Virus record (IMG/VR): IMGVR_UViG_3300014208_000533
Location: 1 to 46,961 of that record
DNA from: a virus
Lineage: Duplodnaviria; Caudoviricetes
Length of the DNA: 46,961 bases
Reading direction: 5' to 3' (one strand)
Part shown: in pieces, positions 24,332-35,700 of the stretch
Layout of the letters: the number at the start of each line of letters is the position of its first letter
Numbering within the stretch: position 1 is the first letter of the stretch
Program-made: the position numbers and the translations under genes
Notes under the pieces: model-generated
Told to the model about the DNA's origin: nothing
What the model saw: only the letters and a program-made list of their open reading frames with translations
Database searches by the model: none

Positions 24332-24730
24332 ATGAACGCCGACCTATTTAAGACTGACCCGAGATCGTATGCCCTGGAACTGGTGGCGGATGGATTGCAG
24401 ACCGCCGACCACCTGCTGCTGTGCGCCTTGAAGTATCTCAGCCATGACGATTGCCGGGAGATGCTTGACATGAACGAACTGTCTCCCCGGTTCTACGAGG
24501 AGGAGGAGGAAGAGGACCAGGAGGAGGCCGAGGACTTCGAGCTTTCCGACGAGGAGGAAGTCAGGGAGGCATTCTGGGAGGAGCACCCGCGGCTTGCGAA
24601 GTACCGCGACGACGCTAAGAGCCAGAACGACTACAACGCCGACATTCGCACGGCCTTCGTTGATTGGGTCGATGTTGCGAATCGCGACGGCCGCATGAGT
24701 GGCGACCTGGCGAGGGAGGTGACGCTGTGA
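24332..24730 (+). CDS. acidic hypothetical protein
   Basis: GCGAGGTGAGA RBS; EEEEEEDQEEAEDFELSDEEE linker. Confidence 0.7.
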   Translation: MNADLFKTDPRSYALELVADGLQTADHLLLCALKYLSHDDCREMLDMNELSPRFYEEEEEEDQEEAEDFELSDEEEVREAFWEEHPRLAKYRDDAKSQNDYNADIRTAFVDWVDVANRDGRMSGDLAREVTL

Positions 24731-25011
24731 ACGCTGAAACACTGACCACCGCCGCCATGAACGACCGGCACGACTGGGCGCGTATCACCCATCTTGTGGG
24801 TCAACTCCGCCTTGTGATCGACCACACGGCCCAACGGGCCGCCCGGGAGAATTCCGCTTGGCATGACGACCCGGAAGCCGAGGGCCACGCCAAGTACCAC
24901 GCACCCGCGGACGTGCAATTTCCCCGGGACGTGCGGGACGCGGCTGTATTGGAACTGGTTCGGCACTACCTGACCGAGATTACGTTGAGCGAGCAAGCGC
25001 GGCCCGCCTGA
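24727..25011 (+). CDS. hypothetical protein
   Basis: GGAGGTG RBS, GTGA overlap. Confidence 0.6.
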   Translation: MNAETLTTAAMNDRHDWARITHLVGQLRLVIDHTAQRAARENSAWHDDPEAEGHAKYHAPADVQFPRDVRDAAVLELVRHYLTEITLSEQARPA

Positions 25012-25175
25012 CCGTCCCCCGAGGAACTACGCCCCGCCCCGTGGCATCGTTACGGGGCGCCCGCCCGCTCCCTGGCTCAGGGGGCGAACGGGCCTTACCG
25101 CCGCCCAAGCAACCGCGCTCGGCGGCAGATCCACAACCCGCCCTCCGTGCTGAGGGCCAACCCCGAGGTGAGAGA

Positions 25176-25355
25176 ATGAGGGAACTCGAAACCACCGACG
25201 AACTAGCAGGGCGCGCCCACAACATCGGCCGTCGGCTAACTGAAATGCCATTCGGCGAATACGGATCCCAACAGCGCGCCGAGAGAGACCGACTGTGCGA
25301 CGTTTACAACGAACTGAATGCACGACTTCACCGCAGACTCTTTACCGAAGACTGA
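25176..25355 (+). CDS. small hypothetical protein
   Basis: GAGGTGAGA RBS; MRELETTDELAG... Confidence 0.65.
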   Translation: MRELETTDELAGRAHNIGRRLTEMPFGEYGSQQRAERDRLCDVYNELNARLHRRLFTED

Positions 25356-25447
25356 CCCCCCCACCCCCGCAGCGCACCGCCAGGAGCCGCGACCTGGCCG
25401 GGGACTTGCCGACCGACTACCGGAAGGCGTTTTCAGGAGGTGAGAGC

Positions 25448-25759
25448 ATGGGACGGCTTGCAAAAACATTGGCGCGATGGGACAGGACAGAAGGCGCGGC
25501 GACAAAGCTGGAGCAGGCAATCTACCGCCTGGCTCGCGACGTATTCGCTGGCGGTTACTACGACACGGCCCAGATGGACGCAGACGCGGCGGCGCGCAAG
25601 TACGCCAAGGCAGTCGCCCACGCCACGCACACTGGAGGCGATGAACTCATCCCCGAGATCGTAGCCGACCGGGTGGCGAGGACTGTCACTGTTCGTTGGA
25701 TCGACGCCTACGGAAACCCATACACGATCTGGACAATCACGCCCGAGACGATTGACTGA
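25448..25759 (+). CDS. hypothetical protein
   Basis: GGAGGTGAGA RBS; MGRLAKTLARWD... Confidence 0.65.
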   Translation: MGRLAKTLARWDRTEGAATKLEQAIYRLARDVFAGGYYDTAQMDADAAARKYAKAVAHATHTGGDELIPEIVADRVARTVTVRWIDAYGNPYTIWTITPETID

Positions 25760-25771
25760 AATCTCACCTCG

Positions 25772-25816
25772 CCCCCTGCCCCGTTGGCTCGTAGTCGGCG
25801 GGGCGGGGGGTTTATT
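25772..25816 (+). terminator. intrinsic terminator closing the plus-strand island
   Basis: CCCCCTGCCCCGTTGGCT-CGT-AGTCGGCGGGGCGGGGG stem (G-U pairs) then TTTATT, between convergent genes. Confidence 0.75.
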
Positions 25817-25827
25817 GCGTCCCGTCC

Positions 25828-26706
25828 CTACAGCACTCCCAACGAATCCAGGTAAGCATCTCCCTCACTGATCGGCGCTCTTCTCTCAATATCGGTGGGT
25901 GTTGCATGACCCTTTTCGGCAAACCCGATCAACCGGGTAAACAAATCCCGCCGGCTGCCTGGCGGGCACTGTGCGTATTCTTCCGCGATCATCACGGCCA
26001 GGGGTGTCGGGGGCGGAGTGCTGGCCTTGCTAAAATCCTGTGTCGTGTAGCCCTTTGCCTCGTCTACCGTAATCCGCCGGAACTCGAAGCCGACCCATAG
26101 CCACGAGTCGCGAATCCGTTTACCCGGGTCGGTCTCCGTATAATTGGGGTCGAGAATATCATTGATCGAACCAACGTATCCAACGAATCTTGGCGGTGGA
26201 CCCATGGCCTTCTCTAGTGCCTCCTGGAACGCTTTCGCGTTGATGTTGATTGTGTGGGTCTTTTCAATGCGTAGCTCCTCTTGCAGTTCTCGAATCCGCC
26301 TCGCTACGTCCGATTGCAGGGCCTCGACGAACATTACCGAGGTTTCCGCCGACGCCCACATTTCGGCCATGGATCGCTCGCGATCGTCCCTTGGTCCGTC
26401 CTCGCCCTTGCTTTCGGCTTGCAATAGCATCCGCTTGCGGATCTGGTGCCGGAGTGCCGCGGCCAGTGGGCGAAGGCCGGTCAGTCGCAGCCGGCGCTCG
26501 ATGCCGACTTTCCACGCCCGGTATTCTGCCGTCTCTTCCGGGTAGGGCTCGGGTTCTGTTGGCGGCTCTGGTTCGGGCGGCGGTTCCGGTGGCGGTGGGT
26601 CCGGCTCGGGCTCCGGCGGCGGTGGGTCCGGTTCGAGCTTCCAGCCGCGACGGTGGATTAGGGTATCGAGAATCGTTTGCATGGGTGCGGGGGATTGGCG
26701 GATCAC
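25828..26706 (-). CDS. hypothetical protein with an N-terminal EPDPPPP repeat
   Basis: 292 aa, GTGA overlap with the giant gene stop; Pro/Glu repeat at about 26545-26640. Confidence 0.7.
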   Translation of the reverse strand: MIRQSPAPMQTILDTLIHRRGWKLEPDPPPPEPEPDPPPPEPPPEPEPPTEPEPYPEETAEYRAWKVGIERRLRLTGLRPLAAALRHQIRKRMLLQAESKGEDGPRDDRERSMAEMWASAETSVMFVEALQSDVARRIRELQEELRIEKTHTININAKAFQEALEKAMGPPPRFVGYVGSINDILDPNYTETDPGKRIRDSWLWVGFEFRRITVDEAKGYTTQDFSKASTPPPTPLAVMIAEEYAQCPPGSRRDLFTRLIGFAEKGHATPTDIERRAPISEGDAYLDSLGVL

Positions 26707-29700
26707 TTCTGGGAGTAGAGCTTGCGCAGCATGGCCTTCCGTTCGCTGTAGCCCGGGTCGAAGTCGTTGGTGCCTTTAATGAAGTGCCCGCGGGGTTTCG
26801 CTCCGCCCTCGGTGTAACGAGACTTGAGCGCGGCCAGGGCGTCCTCGACCTTGGGGGCGTGGGTGCGACGATACTCCTCGAAGTCGGCCAGGTAGCGATC
26901 GTGACGATCGACCGCCTTTTGGTAGGACTCGTCGGACTTGTACTTCTTGCGATCGGGCGGCTTGCTGGCGGCGTTGAAGACCAGACCGGCCCGCAGTTCG
27001 TCCCGGCGCTGGTTGACCTGCTTGGTCTCGTCGGCGGACAACATCTCGCCGAATGCGGGTGACTCGTCCTTCCAGGTCATGCCGTATTCGAGGTAATTCG
27101 ACAGGAGCTTCTTGCGGTCCTCGGGTGACGCCTTGCGATACTTCGTCTTGGGTCCGTAGGTTGAGAGCCCGGTGCCGAAGAATGCCTCGATCGCGGCCAC
27201 GGTCCCCTGGGGCACGTTCAGTTCCTTCTCGGCTTCCCAGATGTCCCGCCAGGTCATCGGCGTCGTGCGGTCGCTGACGATCTTCCCAACCGTTGCCTTG
27301 TCGCCGACCACGTTCTCGCCGGCCATGTAGTCCAGCACGGCGGACGGGAACGGGGCGAGCTTGGTGTCCAGGAACCGGTGAATGACCTGCCGGGCGTCGT
27401 CGGCACCGTAGGGGACGTCGTCGCCGCGGATTGGGACGATCTCGCCCGAGGCCCGCTTGGTCTCTCCGGTGGCGATTCGGGCGGCCAGGGTGACAAGCTG
27501 GCTCATGCCGGTGCCGGAATCCAATCGGGTCTCGCCCAGCCGCATTTTCCAAAGATCGCTCGACCGTGGGTCGATTTCGTACTTCGGCTTCATTTCGTCG
27601 TCGTCGCCGGCCAGGAGTGAGTAGATGAGGTGCTTCAGGATCAGGAACCCGGCCAGCCCAAGCATCCCGCGGACGTAGACCTTGCCGATCGCAAGCCGGG
27701 TGGCCTTGTCGCCTTTCCACATCGGCTGGCCGGTGGCTCCCAGCACTCGCGACCAGACCCAGCGGGGGGCGAAGAATAACCACCCAAGGGCCTCGGCGTT
27801 CCTGATCGGTGCCCGGCCGCTGATGACGTTGGACGCATGGCCGAGAATCTTGGCGTCCTCTTCCGACCACGTTCCCGGGCGGGCCGACTCGACGCTGTCC
27901 TTCATGTAGTCGAACAGGTCTGCCCGCATGGTGTTCAGGAACGACCGGAAAGCCCGCTCGCTGCCAAGCAGCCCCTCGGCGGCCCACCTGGGCGGTGCCA
28001 GTGCCCAATGCTTGGTCCCGGCCATCCACGAGACGATACGCGACCGCAGAAATTCTTCCCGATGCGACAGAGGGCCATCGTCCGCGGTGGTTTCGAGCTT
28101 CCCGAGCACGTAGTCGATATGGTTCGGCCGCTGCATGAGATCGTCGTGCAGCGCGTAGTCCGCCCGCCGGCTGAAGGCGGCCTGGAGTGACTTGCCGATC
28201 GCTGGGATCGCCTGGAGTGGGAATCCGAGCGTGTAGGGGATTCCCTGTCGCAAGACGGCCGACGATTCGTAGCCGGTCATGATCATTCGTGCCACGTCGT
28301 GGAGATCGCCACCGAACCCGAGTGCCTTGCCAAGTCGGCCGCGCGCCGCCCGCTCCGCCTCCTCGATTTCAGCCCGGGCGTGCCGCTTGACCAACTCGAT
28401 CTGGTACTTCTTTTCGAGGATCTCGTTGTCCATCGGGGTCGGTTTACGCTTCGCCGGCAGCTTTCCCTTGATGGCGTCGTCTCGACGCTTCTCCCAGAAT
28501 TCCAGCCGCTTGTCGAGAGACTTCTTGTAGTTGGCCAGTTTGCGGGCTGCTTCTTTCGCTTGGTATGCCGGGCTGGCGAGTCTCGCCCGCTCGCGATCCG
28601 CCTTCAATTCCTTGAGTCTGGCCCGCTTGGCTTCCAGGGCGGGGGACGTCAGCGGGACCGCTTTCGCCTTCGGCCCGAGGCGGCCGGCGGCCAGGTCGGC
28701 TTCCATGTTGGTGATCTGGCGCTCCAGCATCTTCTCGGCCATCTTCAGCCGCTGGGCATCGCTCAGAACCGACTTCTTCGGCGGGAAGATTTTGTCGTAC
28801 TCGGCCTTGAGTTCGTCCCGCTTCGCTCGGCGCTCGGCCACCTGTTCGCGCAGTTCGGCCAGGTCGGCGTCGGGGGTCAGCTTGGTCCGTTCGCCGAGGG
28901 TTGTCCGCGGCGTCAGGTTCTTGATGCTGTTTTCGAGATCCTTGATTTCGTCGGCCAGGTCGGTCAGGCGATTGTTGGCGGCCTTCTTGGCCGTGCTCAG
29001 GGCGGATTGCAACTGCCCTTCCCGGGACTCCACGGGGACCGGCAGCTTCTTCTTGAGTTCGTTGACCTGGGCGATCAACTGGCGTTCGATGTCGTCGGGT
29101 GTAGCTCGCTGCTGGCCGGTCGACTTCGGCAACAGGTCTTCGTCCCGCAGCCTGGCGGCCACGTCGTCGGGGCTCATACCCTCGTCGAGCCACTGCTGGG
29201 CTTTGGCGATGGCGTTTTCCAGATCCTGGATCTTCAGTATCTGCCGGACTTGGCCCCTGATCTCGCGGATCGTGGCTTCCACTTCCCCGGGCGGAAGTTC
29301 CCTGAATTCCCCGTAGTTCGACATCCCCTGCATCACGTCCCAACGTGTGATGCCGGGCACTTCTTCCGATAGCTGATCGTGGACGGCGTCGGTAACGGCT
29401 TCCCGTTCTTCGATTCCGGACTCGACGGCCGCCCGCATCAACTCCCGGGCTCGCGCTCCGATCTGGCTCTTTTTGGGCGAGTCGCCCAACGGGGACGCGA
29501 CCTTTCCCTCCGCCTTGTGCGCCGCCCACGCCTCCTTGAACGCCTCGATCTGCTCCGCAGTGACAGTCGGAATCTCCTTCTTGACTTTCGCCATCAGTTC
29601 CAGGAGAGAATCGACGCCCATCTCCGCATACGCCTTGACAACCTGGCCGGCGGCCTTGGTGATCTTGACCCACTTCTCGCCCTCGCGCTTCGGATCGAAG

Positions 29701-32700
29701 GCGAAGCCGGTCTGGAACAGGGTGCCCCATTCGTTCTTGAATGCCGCGACCGCATCCGATGCCTTTTTCTCCAGTTCCGCCCGCTTGGCCTTCTTCTTCG
29801 GCGGCTGCTTCGGCGGCTGCTTCTCCTCCTTCACGTCGGCGATGGCCTGTTCGACCTTCTCCTGCAACAGCTTCTGCTCCAATGCGCCCCGCTCCGACTC
29901 CATCTGCTTGATCTGGTCGGCCATCTCCTCGTACTGGGCCATCTTCTCGTCGCTGGGCCGCTCGTTGACCGACCGCATATGCTGGCGAACGATTCCGGCC
30001 ACGGAGAAGTCGGCTTCGAGTTCGGTTTGCCGGGACACGCCAGACCGGCCCCAGATGGTTCCGACTCGCTCCGATGCCTCGATGGCGACCAGCAGTTCGT
30101 CCCGCACGTTGTCGCCTGCCCGGCGCTGGTTCTCCAGGCTACGGATGTGCCGCTCCAGCACGGCTTCTTCCACTTGGTCGATCGCACGGGGGTTGGCGGC
30201 CAGTGCGTCGGCCAGGCGGATCGGGTAGGACGGATCGGACGCGATGCGGTTGGCGGCCTCCAACTGCCACTGCTCGACGGACTCCTCCTCGTCATAGATT
30301 CGCACGGGCAGACCCGCTTTGGCCCGCAGTTCGTCGGTCTTGACGTTCTTCGTACCCGTGGTTGCGCCGGACGATGGGCGGGGCTGGACCGGCGGCGGCT
30401 GGACGGGCGGTGGGGTAACAGGAGGGGCGGCCGGTGGTGCTGCCGGCGGCGCTGCTGGCGGCGGCTGGACAGGCGGGGCGACAGGCTTCTCGGACTCGGC
30501 GGCCGGCTCTGGCTCACGGGGCTCCATGTTCCACTCGGGATGCTCGGCCCGGGTCTTGTCCCACGCGACCTCCATCGCGGCCCGGTACTGCTCAGCCACC
30601 GCAGCACTGAAGCGTGCGGCCAGCCGCTCCATGGCGACCGCGAACCGCAGCACCTTTTTCTTGACAAGCGCGGCAGTCAGCTTGACGGCTGCGTCGAGAA
30701 TCTCCGCCCCGATGGCCGCTTCCCGCATTGGGTCGTAGACTGCGCCAAGAGGCTTCTTTTTGTCCTGCGCTTTTTTGAGCCGCTCGGCGGCGGCGTCAAA
30801 CTCCTTGTCTGCTTTCTCGGAGGCTCGCGACAGGGTGGATTCGGGCGGCGGGAGCAAGTGCCCCTGTCCTGGCAGTTCCTTTACGAACTCGAACCCGGCC
30901 TGCTTGCCTTTCTCGGACGGATCGCCTTTCCATAACTTGGCGTTGGCTTCGGCCGCCTTGTCCTGCGCGGCTATCCGTTCCGCTTCCTCCGGAAGCAATA
31001 CGCCAGACTGCTGCTGCTGCTCCTGTTCCTGCTCCCAGGGGAACGGGACATCCTCTCCCTCCATGGCGTCTAGATCCTGGTCGCCTGACTCCTGGTCAAT
31101 CTGTTCCTGACCGCTCGTCTCCCGGTTGCCTAACTCCCGGTCGATCTCCTCCGCGAGGCCGGCGTCGACTTTGTCCTGTATCGCCTTTTCGTCGATCTCT
31201 TCGGAGAACGTCTCCGTGGCCAGCATGTTAAGCAAGTCAGACTCGTTGGTGGGCAAACTGAAACTGCCCTGTCTTTCAAGATTGAGATTGTCCTTGATGT
31301 ACTGCGGCAGTTGACCGAATCCAGGAATGCTGGTGAGGTCTTTTCCGCTACGGCCATACGCATTGAGAACCTGTAACTTGAACCTCCTGATGTTCTCGGG
31401 TCCGACGAAGTTCGCCAGCAACTCTCGGACGTCGGACTTTCGCTTCTCGACCACCTCCCTTTCGGCGTCGAAACGCTCCTTGCTCTGCTGCTCGAAATAC
31501 TCCGCCGCGTCGGGTGGTAGTTCGCCGATCCGCGTGAGTACGAGGCCCTTCGCTTTCGCGGCGGCCGCGCGTTCATTCCAGTCCGCCAGTTCGTTCAGTT
31601 CGTGAATGATCGCCGGGGTTGGGTCGCTCTCGAAGAGGATCCTCTTGCCGGCCTTCTGCCCCCGGTAGTCCGACTTGAGTTTGTCGCCCATTTCCTGCGA
31701 CAGGCCGCCGACGGACCACATTCCCTTCTTCGGCGTTTTCGTGATCGTGATACCCGCCGCCTTGAGAACCGCCACGTCTCGCGAGTCGGCCGCCGGTGCG
31801 TCGAAGTCGAAGTCCCGAATCTGCTTCGCCGCCCCACTCTTGCGACCCTGCACAGCCGCACTCATCGACCGCATCCGCGACCCAACCGTCCGACTCAATT
31901 CCCGATCGAACGGAATGTTTTCGGCGAAGATCCACTCTAGGGTGACGGGCTTGGCGGTCCCCAGCCGTGCCAACCGGCCACTGACCTGATCGACCTTGGT
32001 CCCGCTCCACGGCAGGTTCATGTTGACCTGATAGCGACTCGGCATCTTGCCGGTGGTGTCGTGGTAGGACAGGCCGGTCCCGCCCTTGTCCATCGTGGCG
32101 ACGATCACTTTGGCCTTGTTGGCCTTCCAGGCGGCAAGGTTCTTTTTGTTCTTCGCGTCCGACCTGATCCGTCCAGTGAACTCGACGGCCTGCCCGGGGA
32201 ACGCCTTCAGGATCTCGTCAACCGCGCTGGGCATTTTCTTCAGCACGCCGGCCCGGTCGAACGCCATCGCGATCTTGTGGATGAAACGTGCAAACGGCGG
32301 CGGCCCCACGCTGGCCCGACTCTCGCCCATCATCTCGGCGGCATTGGCGGCCTCCTCCCATTCCTGCATCATCCGGTCCATTTCGGCCGGCTTGTATCGC
32401 CTCTCGGCGGCCTTCCCCTTGATACCGTGCTGCTTGCGGTACGGGCCACTCAACTGGTACGTGCCCAGGTCCACGTCCTTCTTGGTGTTCACGAAGATGA
32501 TCACCTGCGGGTCTTCTTCGCGCCCCTCGCCGATGATCTCCTTGGTCCGGGCGATTGCCGCATCGACCTTAGCCGCCTCAAGTAGCCGATTCAGGACGTT
32601 GACCTTGTGAGCGGCGATCTGGCCCTTCTCGTGATCGCCCTGCGCTTCCGCTTCGGCGTCGGCGTAGATTTGCACTACCTCGTTGGAAACGTCCGCCCAG

Positions 32701-35700
32701 AACGGGTCGGCCATCACCGATCGCAGTTCGCTCAGGACCATGCCCGGCGGCAGGGTCATCGGGCGCTGGGTGAAGACACCTCGCTTCTTCAGCCACTCGT
32801 TGGCGGCGAACTGGTCAGCCTCTGCGGTCTGGTGTTTCGGCCACCAGATAACCGGGGCGGTGTATGTCTGGCCGGTCTTGCTCGTCTTCTTGACGAAATA
32901 GACATTGGCCCCGAACATCCACGCCCAGGCGTTGAATCCGTGCAGTTCGTTGCGGAACGGCCGACCGCCGGGCTTGCTGGACGGTCGGTCGAATTGGACA
33001 TGCAGGTCGTCGAAGATGCCGCTGGCGTCAAGGTACTCGGCCTCGACCACGTTCTCGAACGGAGTTGCGGTGGCGTACACCGTGAATCTGGCGGAGCGAA
33101 CCATCCCGCCGATGGTCTTGCCGGTGGTCCGTTCCTTGTTCTTCGCGGAATGGGCCTCGTCCAGTAGGAGTACAGCCCCAGACGCATTGACGGCCTTGCT
33201 GCGGATCTGGGCGTAGGTGGTGAACTCGACACCGTCCAGCCCGTAGTCTGCCAGGTCGGCCTGGACTTGGCCGATCAGATCCTTGTTCTGGGTGACGTAG
33301 ACGAACCGCTTGAATCCCCGCTTGCGTAACTCCTTGATCGCACCGCCCAGCACGAACGTCTTGCCGGTGCCTGGAGAACTGCCGACCACGAACACTGGCC
33401 GGCCGGCCTCGGCCGCATCCACCACTCGGCCGATGTCCTCGATCTGGTTATTGACCACCTCCTGCGTGATGTCGTGCTTCAGCCCTCGGGCGACGAGGTC
33501 TCGGGTGTCTTGTCCCACATTGGAAACATAATCGTCGCCAGTTCTTTGTACGTCGGCTCTTTCATCCTCTCTTCTTCGGGCGTCCTCGCGCGCCACCTGC
33601 TCAAGGCGTCCGCCAGCATCAACGGGTTCCTCTCCAGTTCCTCCGCGAGCGATTCGATCAGCAATGGCTCGCCGGGGATCTCCCTTAAAGGTCCACGCTT
33701 TTTCCTTCGGATCCCACCACCCACCAAGTTCGGACTCCTCTCGTTTGGCATCTCCGATCTCCTTTCTGTGCTCTCGGGTATTGCCGGTGATTTGCCACCG
33801 GCCGTCCGGCAGTTGCTTGACCGTCAGGCCGGCCTGGGTCAGCGCCTTGTCGACGGTGGCTGCGTCGGATTGGGCTGGGGCAGGTGCCTTCCGTTGCAGG
33901 TACTCGTCTATGGCGGCAAGTTTGGCGCGAGCCTCACGATCGGCCGTTCCCCTCATTTTAGACGCATTGTCACGACCAAACTTGATCCCCGATGTATCGC
34001 CCGTCTTGGACTTTCTTAGTTGGCGATCAGATCCGATCTCTCCACGCATTCGACTGGCCCAGTCCTGACGATCGGCGTCTGTTAACTGGACGTTCCTGTC
34101 CTCGCCAACACTCCAGTTGGTTCCTGAGCCACTCAAGGCAATTGGATGCAGCCCCAGAGGCGTCTGCGAGTAGTCGCGAGCCTCCGTGGCCTGGGTCGGC
34201 TTCTGGGTCGTGGGGGTCGATCCCAGTTCCATCTTTTCGATGGCCTTGTTTCCAACCCACGCGAGAATCGTGGCGTCTCCTTGATCACGGGCGGCTTTCA
34301 GGCGATTCTGCCCATCCAGAACCGCAACTTTAGGAAGGCCGCTTTCGTCTGAGTATCCGGCTTTTCTCCGGTTCGTTTCGATGACGATTGGGCCTTCCGA
34401 CTTTGCATCGTAAGCCTTTCCTCGGGTCGGCCAGTCGATCTGGTCGACAGGAACCTCCAGCAGCGTGAACGATTCACTATCCATCCAGTGATTTCGGAAC
34501 GCCTCGCCGCCTTTCGCTATTGGCGAGTAAGGATCGACATTGGGGTCGTCCTTTGCGGTAGCGGCAATCCGAGAAGCGATTTCAAGATCGGTCAGGGAAG
34601 ACCCTACTCCCTCGCGTCCCGGGGGTTCGCCTGCAACATTCGCCGGTTTCGGAACGCCCGGGGCGGGTTTGGTCGGACGCGGAGCGCCGCCCGTTCCATC
34701 GACCACCGGTCCTGCGGGCGGTCCCACTGTCGGAGCCACCGCACCAGATTGATCAGCCACCAGTTTGGCATCCTGATTCTCCTGTTCGAGTTCGTCGGCA
34801 AAGGCACTCAAATCGGCCGGAGGGACCGCTGACGGGGCCTGCTGTGGGGCCTGTTGCGTTCCTGGCGCTCCGGTCGGCTTCTGGGTCGTGTCGGCCAGAG
34901 GAGTCGCTGACGGGGCCTGGGCGGGCTTCTGGGCCTCCCGTTTCGTCAGCCAGTCCTTGAACTCCTGGGACTCGACGGGGGCTCCAGCCGGCCCGGCGGC
35001 GTTCGTCCAGGACGGAATCCCTCGACTGATCCTGACGCCATCGACAACTTCCTGGCCGATTCCAAGCTCGGCCGCGATCTGCTTGGCGGTCTTTCGCTGG
35101 GCGGCCAATTCCTCGATCTGGTCGGCCAGACCGGATTTCTCGGCACGTTCGGCCAGGGGACGCAGGTTGTTGGCGACCCACGATGGCACATTCGCCCACG
35201 GGTCCGGCTTCGCCGTGGTCTGCTTCACAGGCGGAGCGGCCTCCTGCTCGTCCACGGTAATCCCAAGTTTCTGGGCAATATCACGTTGCTGTTGCGGGTC
35301 GAGTTCGTCCCACTCCTTCGTGGTCAGCGATCTGTCGGACACGGACGCGCGGAAATTGTCTGTGCCGTTCTCCCAGAACGACTGGGCCTTCTGAAGGGGA
35401 GTCGCGAAGACCAGAGGCGGTGTCGCCGGGGCCTGCTGTTCGTCCACCTCGGGCGGTCCAGTGAATACCGGCCCGGTTGGGCCTGTCACTTGTGCTTCAG
35501 GGACTTCGCCCGCCGGCTCCGCCTGGACGGCCGGCGACCCTTGCTTGATCTCTTGAATGCGGGCCTCGACGGCCGCCTTTCTCGACTCTCGGTTCTTCAG
35601 TTCCTCCTCAGACAAGCCAAGGGCCTTACCTTCTTCTGCCGACACAAACCCCTTCCTGAGTGTGCCTCGCAGTTGCTCCAGGTTGGCAGGATCCCGGGCG

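Noticed and set aside
26776-30935. Long alternative-frame and antisense ORFs inside the giant gene
   Set aside because: R/P/G-rich translations typical of off-frames in high-GC coding DNA; unlike the nested HNH they show no domain motif
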